Below, in pieces: positions 14,901 through 24,000 of a DNA stretch of 24,000 bases (the first letter of the stretch is position 1; each line of letters opens with the position of its first letter). The notes below the pieces were generated by a model, which saw only the letters and a program-made list of their open reading frames with translations, ran no database searches and was not told where the DNA came from. This DNA is from Candidatus Woesearchaeota archaeon. GTDB lineage: Archaea > Nanobdellota > Nanobdellia > Pacearchaeales > GW2011-AR1. The stretch spans positions 120,901 through 144,900 of the forward strand of contig CAZETU010000001.1 in assembly GCA_964514585.1 (NCBI GenBank), written 5' to 3'. The position numbers were made by a program, and so were the translations under genes.

Positions 14901-15616
14901 AAGAAAAGTTATTATTTCAAGATAAAAATGAAAACGACTTAATAGGATTTTTAAAACAAAACAAACAAACAAAAATTTTAAATTTTTTAAATCTACATGA
15001 ATTATACCAATTTAATAAAGAAAAAATCTACCAGAAGGCAGTCATCGAAAAGAACAACATAAATTTTATAGATGGATTTGTGATTTCTGCCTACCTATCA
15101 TTTAACAATATTAAAAGAGTCCCAAGGGTAAGGGGCCCAACTTTTACAAGAAGTTTTTTATCAAATCCAGATTTATCAAAAAATAAAAGACATTTTTTTA
15201 TCGGATTTGATAATAAGGATTTTAAAAATCTAAAAAAAAATTTTCCTCACCTAAAAAATATATCTTGCTACAATCCCCCTTATATTAAAAATCTAAAATT
15301 TTCAAAAAAAGAAATTAATAAAATATCAAAATTAATAAACAAATTCAAACCAGACTATGTGTGGGTTGGTATTGGGGCTTCAAAGCAGAATATTTTGTCA
15401 TCAGACCTCTCTAAAAAAACCACCGCACAATATTTTATTAATATAGGAGCAGCGCTAGATTTTTTAATAGGTAAAAAACGAGAAGCTCCATTAATTGTTA
15501 GGGAACTAGGGATAGAATGGTTTTATAGACTTGTGACAGATTTTAAGTATTCTAAGAAAAAAGTTTGGAGAAGTCTAATTGGATTAAAATATTTGAGGCA
15601 AGTGAAATTGCAATGA
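14897..15616 (+). CDS. WecG/TagA/CpsF family glycosyltransferase
   Basis: RVRGPTFTRSFL, YVWVGIGASKQN, INIGAALDFLIGKKREAPLIVRELGIEWFYRLVTDF - a diverged version of the family core (GxGxPxQE, GAxFDFxxGxxxRAPxxxxxxGLEWxYRL). Confidence 0.8.
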   Translation: MKEKLLFQDKNENDLIGFLKQNKQTKILNFLNLHELYQFNKEKIYQKAVIEKNNINFIDGFVISAYLSFNNIKRVPRVRGPTFTRSFLSNPDLSKNKRHFFIGFDNKDFKNLKKNFPHLKNISCYNPPYIKNLKFSKKEINKISKLINKFKPDYVWVGIGASKQNILSSDLSKKTTAQYFINIGAALDFLIGKKREAPLIVRELGIEWFYRLVTDFKYSKKKVWRSLIGLKYLRQVKLQ

Positions 15617-16707
15617 AAAAGAAAATCTTGTTCCTAAGTCCCTTGCCACCACCAAGTTATGGGAGTGCCCTCTCAAGTCAAGCAAATCTAGAAATATTAA
15701 AAAAAGATTTCGAAGTACATTCAATAAAACTCAATTTCGCCAAAAGCATGTCTAATATAGGAAAAATAGACCTGAGTAAAATCAGGGGAGTAATCAAGAC
15801 ATCAAAAAAAATAAAAGAAGAGATAAAATCATTTAATCCAGATATCATATATTTTGTTCCAGCAACTTATCAAATTGGACTATTTAGAGATTCTCATTAT
15901 GCATCCATTATAAGAAAATTAACAAGCAAAAAAATAATATTTCACATAAGAAGTCGAATACTAGAAAAGCATTGGAGAAATCCACTCTATAAATCAAGAT
16001 ACAAAAAAATGCTAAAAAATCAGAAAGCAATAGTTCTAGACGAATCATTAATATCAGATCTTCACGAATTAATATCTAAAGAAAGTATCAAAATCCTTTC
16101 GAATGCAATTCCGAATGCAATTCCAGAAACAAAGTTTAAAAAAATAGTTAAAAAAAGATTAAAACAAAATTCTTTCAACATATTATTTTTTTCAAATATG
16201 GACAAAACAAAGGGGTGGACAATTCTTCTCAAAGTTTGCAAGATTTTAAAAAATAAAGGAATAAAATTTGAATGTAACTTTGCTGGAGCATGGCCATCTA
16301 GAAAGGAAGAAAAAGAATTCAAAGATTTTGTAACTCAAAACAATCTCAAAGAAGTTAAACATCTGGGAAAATTAAGTCCAACAGAAAGGAACAATCTAAT
16401 GTCTAAATCGGATATTCTTGTTTATCCGACGACACTTGACACCTTTGGTCGCGTAATTGTAGAAGCAATGATGCTAGGTCTTCCAATAATAGCAAATGGG
16501 ATAGCAGCAATCACAACTACAATTCAGCATGGCAAAACAGGCTTCGTCTTGAAAGAAAATTCTCCAGAAGAGATTGTATCATACATAGAAAAACTTCAAG
16601 ATAAAAAACTAAGAAAAAAAATGGGGCTTGCGGGAAGAAAAAGATTTTTGAAAGAATATGAAATCAAAAAATACGAAAAGAAATTTTTGAAAATTATCAA
16701 TTCTTAA
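15613..16707 (+). CDS. Glycosyltransferase family 4 (GT-B)
   Basis: FLSPLPPPSYGSALSS, NILFFSNMDKTKGW, LSPTERNNLMSKSDILVYPTTLDTFGRVIVEAMMLGLPIIANG. ATG 15613 overlaps the upstream stop; ORF track start is 15565. Confidence 0.9.
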   Translation: MKKKILFLSPLPPPSYGSALSSQANLEILKKDFEVHSIKLNFAKSMSNIGKIDLSKIRGVIKTSKKIKEEIKSFNPDIIYFVPATYQIGLFRDSHYASIIRKLTSKKIIFHIRSRILEKHWRNPLYKSRYKKMLKNQKAIVLDESLISDLHELISKESIKILSNAIPNAIPETKFKKIVKKRLKQNSFNILFFSNMDKTKGWTILLKVCKILKNKGIKFECNFAGAWPSRKEEKEFKDFVTQNNLKEVKHLGKLSPTERNNLMSKSDILVYPTTLDTFGRVIVEAMMLGLPIIANGIAAITTTIQHGKTGFVLKENSPEEIVSYIEKLQDKKLRKKMGLAGRKRFLKEYEIKKYEKKFLKIINS

Positions 16708-18502
16708 TCCAATATTTATACCAAGAATAAAACAAAAATAATCTGATTTTGTAATTATTGGTAACGATATTATTGTTAAGAAAAATTTCCTCCAAGTAAA
16801 ATTTTTCCCACTCTTTAGATAAAACTCCGACATCAACCAATTCTTTCAAAATAGATTTCAACTCATTTTCATAAGATTTCCTTTGCATCCATTCTCCAAT
16901 TGGAGGAGTAAATCCCTGTTTCTTTTTGTTAATTATTTCTCTAGGTAAAAATTTGGACACAATTTCTCTAAAGAAAGTTTTTTCTCCAAATAATGAGACC
17001 TTATATTTAGTAGGCAATTTCATAGAATACTCTATCAGTCTATAATCTAAGAATGGACAACGAACCTCCAGCGAATTAATCATCGAAGCTCTATCAACCT
17101 TTGTTAAAAAATTATCTGGCAAAGTATAAAAATAAATATCCATAAGTCGCACAGCCTCAACTAAATTCCCATTAGTTTTTGTAAGACATTTTTTCAACTG
17201 GGTAGACAAAAGTTCTCTAGCTATCTTAGGCTTATAATAACTTTTTCTAGCTTCAGAATAAAAAGATTCTTTAGAGAGTAGACTTAATCTGATACCCTCC
17301 TTTAATCTTTCAATAGGTAAGAGCATTAAGATTTTTCTAAAAAACCTAGGCAACTTTCTTAGAATTTCCATTTGGTAAGCCATTTTATATCGAGGATATC
17401 CCCCAAATATTTCATCACCACCGTCTCCACTTAAAGATACGGTTAACTTCTCCCTCGCAAATTTTGACAACATTCTCGAAGGGAACATGGAATAATCAGC
17501 AAAAGGCTCATCATAATAATAAAAAATATCTTTTAACATTTCCTGAAAATTTTTTTCTTTGAAATATTTATGATGATGATCCGTGCCGAGATGCTTCTCT
17601 AAAATATTTATTCTGGGAGTTTCGTCTAGAGACCCATCAAAACCAATAGAATAAGTATTGATATTTTTATTGAATTTTTTAGAATAATTAACAATCGTAG
17701 AAGAATCGAGTCCACCACTCAAAAAAGCCCCAAGAGGAACATCGGAAATCATCCTCAATTTTATAGAATCAGTCATTAGCTCATCAAATTCTTTTTTCAA
17801 GCTAGCTTTATCATTAACTGGATCAAAATCAGGCCAATCATAATATTTTTTCTTAGTCAACATTTTTTCATTCAAATCAAAAATCAAAGACTCTCTTTGT
17901 TCTAATTTTTGAATATTTTTATAAATAGAATAAGGAGCCGGTATAAACCCCAAAGAAAAATACAAGTCCACAGCATTTTGGTTTAACTCAATTTTTAGCT
18001 CATGTTTTAGTATTCCCTTTATTTCCGAAGAAAAAACGAATTTATTTTTATCAAAATAGTAATACAGGGGCTTTTTGCCAACCCTGTCTCGAGATAAAAA
18101 TAAAATATTTTTTTGCGGATCAAAAATACAAAACGCCCACATCCCATTAAATCTATCAACACAACCCTCGCCCCACTCTAAGTATGCAGCAAGTATTACC
18201 TCCGTGTCAGAAGCCGATTTAAATTTATATCCCTTAGAGACTAACTCTTTTTTAATTTCCAAAAAATTATAAATTTCACCATTAAAAGTTATCGTAACAT
18301 TTTTACCCCGATGAGAATGCGTCATAGGTTGAGTTGCATTCTCAGAGAGATCAATTATTGATAAACGCCTTTGTCCCAAGGAAAGTTTGCATTTTTTATC
18401 AAAAAATTCTCCTGACATATCAGGACCCCTATGGACAAGGGAGTCATTCATTTTCTTTAGAATAGATTTGTTTATAAAATTAAAGCCATTTATTCCGCAC
18501 AT
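16697..18502 (-). CDS. asnB: Asparagine synthase (glutamine-hydrolysing)-like amidotransferase
   Basis: MCGINGFNF...LVHRGPD, SFNGEIYN-like TFNGEIYNF, PLGAFLSGGLDSSTIV, DGGDEIFGGYPRY, EVRCPFLDYRLIEY. Confidence 0.93.
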   Translation of the reverse strand: MCGINGFNFINKSILKKMNDSLVHRGPDMSGEFFDKKCKLSLGQRRLSIIDLSENATQPMTHSHRGKNVTITFNGEIYNFLEIKKELVSKGYKFKSASDTEVILAAYLEWGEGCVDRFNGMWAFCIFDPQKNILFLSRDRVGKKPLYYYFDKNKFVFSSEIKGILKHELKIELNQNAVDLYFSLGFIPAPYSIYKNIQKLEQRESLIFDLNEKMLTKKKYYDWPDFDPVNDKASLKKEFDELMTDSIKLRMISDVPLGAFLSGGLDSSTIVNYSKKFNKNINTYSIGFDGSLDETPRINILEKHLGTDHHHKYFKEKNFQEMLKDIFYYYDEPFADYSMFPSRMLSKFAREKLTVSLSGDGGDEIFGGYPRYKMAYQMEILRKLPRFFRKILMLLPIERLKEGIRLSLLSKESFYSEARKSYYKPKIARELLSTQLKKCLTKTNGNLVEAVRLMDIYFYTLPDNFLTKVDRASMINSLEVRCPFLDYRLIEYSMKLPTKYKVSLFGEKTFFREIVSKFLPREIINKKKQGFTPPIGEWMQRKSYENELKSILKELVDVGVLSKEWEKFYLEEIFLNNNIVTNNYKIRLFLFYSWYKYWIKN

Positions 18503-18536
18503 AAAAAATTAAGAATTAAAGATTATTTAAGAGTAT

Positions 18537-19364
18537 CTAGGGATTATCAAACTCTGCTACTAACAGCCACCCATAATTATCCTTAATCCATTGCTCAATA
18601 TTTCTAGGAACCAAGGGCAGCATTTTAAAGCCCATATGAGTGACCGATATTTTAACATTCTTAAATCCAATTTTTTCTAATTCTCTTTTCAATTCCCTCG
18701 GAGTAAAATGCCTATGATAATATCCATCCGTATAAAAATCCTGAACCTTTTCCAAATCATAACCTCTGAATATTTTTCCTTTCAAAAAAAGCCAATTTAA
18801 TCCATTAATATAATACCTTGCACTATTCTTATTGTATACCATAATCAACCCTCTTCCCCCTTTCTTAAGAACCCTTGAAACATTTTTGAACGCTTTAATC
18901 GTATTCTTAGAATGATGAAGAACCCCCCATGAAAAAACAAAATCAAAAGAACCATCCTTAAATGTCATTTTTTCTGCATCTTGATTCAATGCTCTAACCT
19001 TTACTCCTTGAGTTTCAGCATTTAATTTTGTAATTTCTATAGCTTGTTTTGTAATGTCCACCGCCGTCACATTTGCTCCAGACTTTGCAAACAAACAACT
19101 CCCAGCACCAGACCCACATCCAATTTCCAAAACCGACTTCCTTCGAAATTTAGTAAAATCAAAATTACCCAAGAATTTACTATTCAATAACTCTTTTTCT
19201 GCAAAAAGAAACTCTTTTTTCGTCTTGGGAATTCTTTCTTTATCTTCCCATTCTTGATAAGTCATAGGCAGAGATTCCCACCACAATCGATTTTTCTCCT
19301 GATCATTTTCCAATTTAGACAAATCGTCTATCCTTTTTTTGAAAACCCTTACTTTATTTTTCAT
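18537..19364 (-). CDS. Class I SAM-dependent methyltransferase
   Basis: VLEIGCGSGAGSCLFAKSGANVTAVDIT, FDFVFSWGVLHHSKNTIKAFKNVSRVLKKGG. ORF track start 19415; internal Met at 19364 avoids overlap with the upstream gene. Confidence 0.88.
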   Translation of the reverse strand: MKNKVRVFKKRIDDLSKLENDQEKNRLWWESLPMTYQEWEDKERIPKTKKEFLFAEKELLNSKFLGNFDFTKFRRKSVLEIGCGSGAGSCLFAKSGANVTAVDITKQAIEITKLNAETQGVKVRALNQDAEKMTFKDGSFDFVFSWGVLHHSKNTIKAFKNVSRVLKKGGRGLIMVYNKNSARYYINGLNWLFLKGKIFRGYDLEKVQDFYTDGYYHRHFTPRELKRELEKIGFKNVKISVTHMGFKMLPLVPRNIEQWIKDNYGWLLVAEFDNP

Positions 19365-19389
19365 GTTAAATAATGAGAATCTCCCTTTA

Positions 19390-20322
19390 TTAAATTTTAT
19401 AGTATTTAGAATCATTAAATTTTATAGCTCTAGTAAATAAACCATCAATTAATCCCCTGAAGTATTTTTTAAGAACAGTCAGTTTATTGGACTGCCTCAA
19501 AGAAATATAAATATTTTTAATATTTTTAATAAAAAATAAATTCATTATGAAGACAAAAAATTCCCTATTGGTTGCATGAATTCTTTCCAGCCAAATCATA
19601 TTTCTAGTGGAGTAATATGCTTTAAAACCAGAAACTCTTCCAGACGATGCAGCCCCTTTGTGCCAAATTTTTGCAGCTGGATTAATGAAAAACTTATATC
19701 CAGATTTTTTTATTCTAAGTGCCAACTCTATTTCTTCGCCATAAGCGAAAAACTTTTCATTAAAAAATCCAGATTTTTTAACCATATCAGATCTGACTAG
19801 CCAACATGATGCCGATGTATAATCAACGCAAAAAGGAGCTTTCCGCAATTTAATTTGTTGCAGATCACGATCCCATGGTTCACCTCCGCCCTTCTTTAAA
19901 TTAAATTTTCCTGGAGAGTCTGTTTCCCCAAGAACATTTTTATCATAGTAATTAAAAACCATAGGAGAAACTACCCCAATTTTATCATCACTCAACATAG
20001 TGTTAAGTAATTTTAACAAAAAATCTTTATCAACCACAGTGTCATTATTTAAAATCATAAAATATTCAAATCCAGAGCCTAAAGCCTTTTTAATCCCCAA
20101 ATTATTACCCAAAGCAAACCCCAGATTGTTCTTATTTGATATAAATTCTATTTTTCTATTTTTTATTTGCTTGAGTTTCTTTATCGAATCATCATTAGAC
20201 CCATTGTCTATTAAGAATATTTTATAATTCTTGAAATTATTCCTCTTGATGCTTTTTAGGCACTCAATCGTGTCTTCCGACCCATTCCAATTCAATATAA
20301 TTATAGCTATCTTTTTACTCAT
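19390..20322 (-). CDS. Glycosyltransferase family 2
   Basis: IIILNWNGSEDTIECLKSI, FLIDNGSNDDS, FMILNNDTVVDKDFL, GFFNEKFFAYGEEIELALRIKKSGYKF. Confidence 0.92.
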   Translation of the reverse strand: MSKKIAIIILNWNGSEDTIECLKSIKRNNFKNYKIFLIDNGSNDDSIKKLKQIKNRKIEFISNKNNLGFALGNNLGIKKALGSGFEYFMILNNDTVVDKDFLLKLLNTMLSDDKIGVVSPMVFNYYDKNVLGETDSPGKFNLKKGGGEPWDRDLQQIKLRKAPFCVDYTSASCWLVRSDMVKKSGFFNEKFFAYGEEIELALRIKKSGYKFFINPAAKIWHKGAASSGRVSGFKAYYSTRNMIWLERIHATNREFFVFIMNLFFIKNIKNIYISLRQSNKLTVLKKYFRGLIDGLFTRAIKFNDSKYYKI

Positions 20323-20438
20323 CTCAATAGATACATGTTTTATTTTTTAAAGATATAGATTGCCATATGTCTAATATATTTGAATAGGCATGTTTCCAGA
20401 ATATAAATTTTAATAAACCCAAATAAGTAGACAAAAAC

Positions 20439-20897
20439 ATGAAGCTAAATTTTATTTTGGATATCGACGGAGTGATGACAACAGGGCAATTCTTATATTC
20501 AAAAGATGGCAAGTCCCATAAAATTTTTGGATCCCATGATTCCGACGGACTAAAATTAATCAAAGACAAAGTTAATATTTTATTTATAACTGCAGATAAA
20601 AGAGGATTCCCTATTTCGAAAAAAAGAATTGAGGATATGGATCACCCTATAAAACTTATAACCGAACAAGATAGATATTCTTACATAAAAGAAAATTTTG
20701 GATTTGAAAATACTATATTCATGGGAGACGGCATCTTTGATGCACCATTACTAAAAGATTGTAAATTTGGCATTGCTCCTGCAAATGCAAGGATTGAAGC
20801 AAAAAAGACCGCCGACTTTGTAACTCCCTCTAAATCTGCAGAAGGCGCCGTTTGTGATGCATGTATAAAAGTGGATAGATTATTTTTTAGAAATTAA
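20439..20897 (+). CDS. HAD phosphatase, KdsC-like (3-deoxy-octulosonate 8-phosphate / nonulosonate 9-phosphate phosphatase type)
   Basis: FILDIDGVMTTGQFLYSKDGKSHKIFGSHDSDGLKLIKD, ITADKRG, FMGDGIFDAPLLKDCKFGIAPANA, GAVCDACIK. Confidence 0.83.
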   Translation: MKLNFILDIDGVMTTGQFLYSKDGKSHKIFGSHDSDGLKLIKDKVNILFITADKRGFPISKKRIEDMDHPIKLITEQDRYSYIKENFGFENTIFMGDGIFDAPLLKDCKFGIAPANARIEAKKTADFVTPSKSAEGAVCDACIKVDRLFFRN

Positions 20898-20969
20898 ATT
20901 TATCACTCATATTATAATCTCCACATCCTTTACTCTCAAATAGTTTATCTAAATTGAGTTTTAGTAGAC

Positions 20970-21443
20970 TTGTTTAATAATACCCCTCTGAATAATATAA
21001 AACTATATATAAGGAGAATCTTGGATAATTCAATGAGAGATAGTCCGATGAGAGTCATGTTCGTTTATCATAATCAAGTTGAAGATGGATTTATGCCCCA
21101 GGCCATTGCTGTCCTTGGGGGGATGATGAGAGATCATAACATAGAAACAAAATTATTTGATACAACACTTTATCGAGATAAAGACTCACACCTTGCTAGA
21201 ACAGATAGAGAGCTTAGAGAAAGTCAGGCAAAAGGAGGATATCAGAAAGTTGAGGGGTTTGATCATACGAGAGAAGTGGTTGACTTAGCGGGTAAATTCT
21301 ATGAAGAAGTAGAAAAATATAAACCAGATTTAATCGCTGCTACTTCAACTTCTTTTGAATTCGGATCCTTGACTAGATTCATTCTTCCTGCAAAAAGAGC
21401 TTTTGAGGTCCCAGTAATTGTTGGGGCTCGCATGCCACTGTAG
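20970..21443 (+). CDS. B12-binding domain of a radical SAM protein (N-terminal piece of a frameshifted gene; likely start 21033)
   Basis: MRVMFVYHNQVEDGFMPQAIAVLGGMMRDHNIETKLFDTT...DLIAATSTSFEF...VPVIVGARMPL*; continues in another frame at 21443. Confidence 0.8.
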   Translation: MFNNTPLNNIKLYIRRILDNSMRDSPMRVMFVYHNQVEDGFMPQAIAVLGGMMRDHNIETKLFDTTLYRDKDSHLARTDRELRESQAKGGYQKVEGFDHTREVVDLAGKFYEEVEKYKPDLIAATSTSFEFGSLTRFILPAKRAFEVPVIVGARMPL

Positions 21444-22462
21444 TGCCATATGAAGCAATTCAAAATCCGGCGGTAGATTACGTTTGTGTAGGAGAAGGAG
21501 AAAGGCCCCTTTTGAGCTTAGTAAGGGGGTTGGAGGGAAATGTGGATACCTCAAAAATTCCCAACCTCGTTGTAAAAAAACAAGGAAGAATTATTACCAA
21601 TTCTCGTTTCCCCATTCTTACAATGGATGAAACTCCAGATGCAGATTGGGATTTATTGGGAGAACTACATAGAATTCGCCCATTCGAAGGGAAATTAAAA
21701 AAATATGGTTGGTTTGAAACAAGTAGAGGATGTCCACACGAATGTAGTTATTGTATTAATTCAGCATTACACGGCATGGAGGCCCCCGGGGAAATTCAAC
21801 CAGGAGATTATAGATTTTTTAGCCAAGATAAAATTATTAGTAGAATGGTGGCAAAGAAAGAGAGATATGGGTATGATCATGTCCAACTTATTGATGAAAA
21901 TCTGGCCGCCAGGCCCCAAAGAGAACTAGAAAAACTTGCAGAGGCATTCAAAGAGAATGTTGGAGTCGGGTTTTTTACTCAGAGTCGTCCTGAGCAATTT
22001 ATCGGGAGGTCAAAGAAGGCCAAAATCATGGCCGAAATGGGTTGTGAGATGGTTGCCATGGGAATGGAGTCTGGAAGTGAATCGTTGAGAAAAAATGTAT
22101 TAAATAGACCGATGAAAGACGGGATAATTGAAGAGGCAGTGGACGCCTTAAGAAAAGAGGGGATAAAAGTTGCCGGTTATTATATAATGGGATTCCCTGG
22201 AGAAACAAGAGAAATGATAGAGGAAACAATTGCTTTGCATAAAAGAGTTCAACCAGATAGATTTTCTGTCAGATTTTTACATCCATTTCCTGGGACCACA
22301 ATCAGGGAATTGTGTATCGAGAAAGGTTATCTATCACCGGATTTTGAATCCAGAAACCAGGACGCAAGCTTTTTTAAAGATCCAGTTTTAAATCTTCCCT
22401 CTCCTCCACATCCATCAAGAGAAGAATTATTTGAACTACAAGCAAAACTACAAAATAGCTAA
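21443..22462 (+). CDS. Radical SAM domain protein (C-terminal piece of the same frameshifted gene)
   Basis: ENPAVDY-like QNPAVDYVCVGEGERPL, TSRGCPHECSYCINS (CxxxCxxC), MGMESGSESLRKNVLNR. Confidence 0.9.
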   Translation: MPYEAIQNPAVDYVCVGEGERPLLSLVRGLEGNVDTSKIPNLVVKKQGRIITNSRFPILTMDETPDADWDLLGELHRIRPFEGKLKKYGWFETSRGCPHECSYCINSALHGMEAPGEIQPGDYRFFSQDKIISRMVAKKERYGYDHVQLIDENLAARPQRELEKLAEAFKENVGVGFFTQSRPEQFIGRSKKAKIMAEMGCEMVAMGMESGSESLRKNVLNRPMKDGIIEEAVDALRKEGIKVAGYYIMGFPGETREMIEETIALHKRVQPDRFSVRFLHPFPGTTIRELCIEKGYLSPDFESRNQDASFFKDPVLNLPSPPHPSREELFELQAKLQNS

Positions 22463-22565
22463 TTATTTCACAAAAATTCTCTTCTTATTTTTTCTTCAAT
22501 ACTTTTTGCATCTAATTCAAATTTTTTATAAAGATTTTCAAAGTAAATATATTAGTTTACCTCAA

Positions 22566-23531
22566 TTATTTGAAAAATAAATCCTTCTGTCTTGCGTTTT
22601 TATAAAAATTGAGAGAAGTTCTTAGTATTCCTTCAATATCCAATCCATGTTTTTTGTATAAATCCTCTGGAGCTCCACTTTCACCAAACCCCTCGATTCC
22701 AATACTTTTCATAGGAACCCCAACGCCATTTTTAGCAATTATTTCGGAAACAATAGTGCCTAGTCCCCCTACTATTGAATGATCTTCCACCACCACAATA
22801 CATCTGGATCTTTTGGCGTAATTAAGAATCGTTTCTTCATCGATTGGCTTCAGAGTGGAGATGCTAATCACCGATGATTCAACGCCCTCCTTGTGTAATT
22901 CTTCTGCAGCCATTAAAGAATTATATACGGTATCCCCACTTGCTATAAACGTTAAATCTCTGCCTTCCCTAAGTACTGTAGCTTTGTTAAATTCAAATTT
23001 ATGTTCTTCAGGCAAGACCAAAGGGGAAGGAGTTCTTGATAATCTCAAATAAGCTAAATTGTTAGTCTTAAGTAAATAATCGGTTATTTGTTGCGCTTCT
23101 CGGGCATCTGCTGGCTGAAAAATTTCCATTCTAGGAATCCCCCTCATTACATTAATATCAGTAATTCCCATCTGTGTTTGCCCATCCTTTCCTATTGCTA
23201 ACCCAGAATGAGTTCCTACGACTAAAGCACCCACATCGTTATATCCAAGAGAAACCAATATTTGCTCATAAGCCCTACTCGTAATAAAAGCTCCAAAACT
23301 TGGGATAACTGGTCTTAAGCCTTCAATTGCCACACCTCCAGCCATACTAATAGCATTCTGTTCTTGAATCCCAACTTCGCAAAACCTATCAGGAAACTTT
23401 TTTGCAAATTCATTTGTTTTTGTTGCTCCAGTTAAATCACAGCCAAAAACAATTATTCTTGGGTCATCGCCGTTTCTTAACAATGACTTACCAAAGCCAT
23501 CTCTAGTAGCAACTCTATTTAATTCTTCCAT
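22566..23531 (-). CDS. Transketolase, C-terminal section (pyrimidine-binding and C-terminal domains)
   Basis: RFCEVGIQEQNAISMAGGVAIEGLRPVIPSFGAFITSRAYEQI, VEDHSIVGGLGTIVSEIIAKNG. Confidence 0.92.
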   Translation of the reverse strand: MEELNRVATRDGFGKSLLRNGDDPRIIVFGCDLTGATKTNEFAKKFPDRFCEVGIQEQNAISMAGGVAIEGLRPVIPSFGAFITSRAYEQILVSLGYNDVGALVVGTHSGLAIGKDGQTQMGITDINVMRGIPRMEIFQPADAREAQQITDYLLKTNNLAYLRLSRTPSPLVLPEEHKFEFNKATVLREGRDLTFIASGDTVYNSLMAAEELHKEGVESSVISISTLKPIDEETILNYAKRSRCIVVVEDHSIVGGLGTIVSEIIAKNGVGVPMKSIGIEGFGESGAPEDLYKKHGLDIEGILRTSLNFYKNARQKDLFFK

Positions 23532-24000
23532 TTTAATTCTTCCATTGCGATGGAATAATCCTCCTCGTCCAATAATTTACTATGCCATTTCCATGGTTCC
23601 CTTTCCATAAGCGAAACCCCCTTGCCCTTTGTGGTATCAGCAATTATTAACGATGGCTTTCCATTTCTTTGAGATATTTCTCTCGCATTTTCATAAGAGT
23701 TTAATATTTGGGAAATATCGTGACCATCAATACACTGGACATAAAATCCGAATTCGCTCAATATGCTTGGCAAATTTTCTAATGGCATTCTTTCTCCTAT
23801 AAATCCTTCTAGTTGACATTTATTTTTATCAACAATTATAGTCAAATTATCCAATCCCAAATTCACAGAGGACATAAATGCTTCCCAATTTTGTCCCTCT
23901 TGGATTTCTCCATCTCCAAGTAAAACATATACCCTTCTATTTTCTTTCTTTTGTTTAATAGCATATGCAATTCCTGCAGCTAAAGATAGCCCTTGACCCA
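23519..24000 (-). CDS. Transketolase, N-terminal section (TPP-binding), partial at window edge
   Basis: ORF track shows 23519..23875; the frame continues upstream to the window end as GQGLSLAAGIAYAIKQKKENRRVYVLLGDGEIQEGQNWEAFMSSVNLGLDNLTIIVDKN (TPP motif GDGE...). Confidence 0.92.
   Translation of the reverse strand, partial: GQGLSLAAGIAYAIKQKKENRRVYVLLGDGEIQEGQNWEAFMSSVNLGLDNLTIIVDKNKCQLEGFIGERMPLENLPSILSEFGFYVQCIDGHDISQILNSYENAREISQRNGKPSLIIADTTKGKGVSLMEREPWKWHSKLLDEEDYSIAMEELKWKN

Noticed and set aside
16062-20569. ORFs 16062..16322, 16609..16836, 18075..18272, 19054..19257, 19576..19800, 20000..20227, 20324..20569
   Set aside because: All lie mainly on the opposite strand of well-supported glycan-cluster genes, or span AT-rich promoter regions, without motifs.

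Overview
AT-rich archaeal chromosome segment, probably DPANN-like judging by Rpb10, archaeal SecF/SecD, an intron-containing tRNA and promoter style; taxonomy is inference. Left part: partial histidine phosphatase, a 4-gene ABC-export operon (ATPase, permease, GNAT, permease), rpoN/Rpb10, a HAD hydrolase and a small Cys-rich protein. Then come stand-alone 5S rRNA, tRNA-Arg(CCT) and tRNA-Leu(CAA), embedded in small duplications and hairpins. An accessory module follows (DUF4143-type AAA ATPase, a membrane/nuclease-like protein, a tyrosine recombinase) beside an intron-containing tRNA-Gly(TCC). Right part: HNH protein, SecF-SecD, a surface-glycan cluster (flippase, WecG-like GT, GT4, AsnB-like amidotransferase, methyltransferase, GT2), KdsC-like phosphatase, a frameshifted B12 radical SAM protein and a split transketolase. 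Most interesting: (1) the 209-aa ORF after the integrase is the C-terminal part of a ~297-codon frame with two predicted TM segments, no ATG/GTG/TTG start, and an AGGAGG-spaced ATT overlapping the integrase end; (2) two 51-nt double-hairpin elements with matched compensatory changes, plus a related pair, all with an ACCA loop; (3) an intergenic relic fusing a diverged 5S 3' end to a diverged rpoN 3' end; (4) duplicated 3' ends downstream of both tRNA-Arg and tRNA-Leu. All calls come from reading the sequence only; no database search was run.
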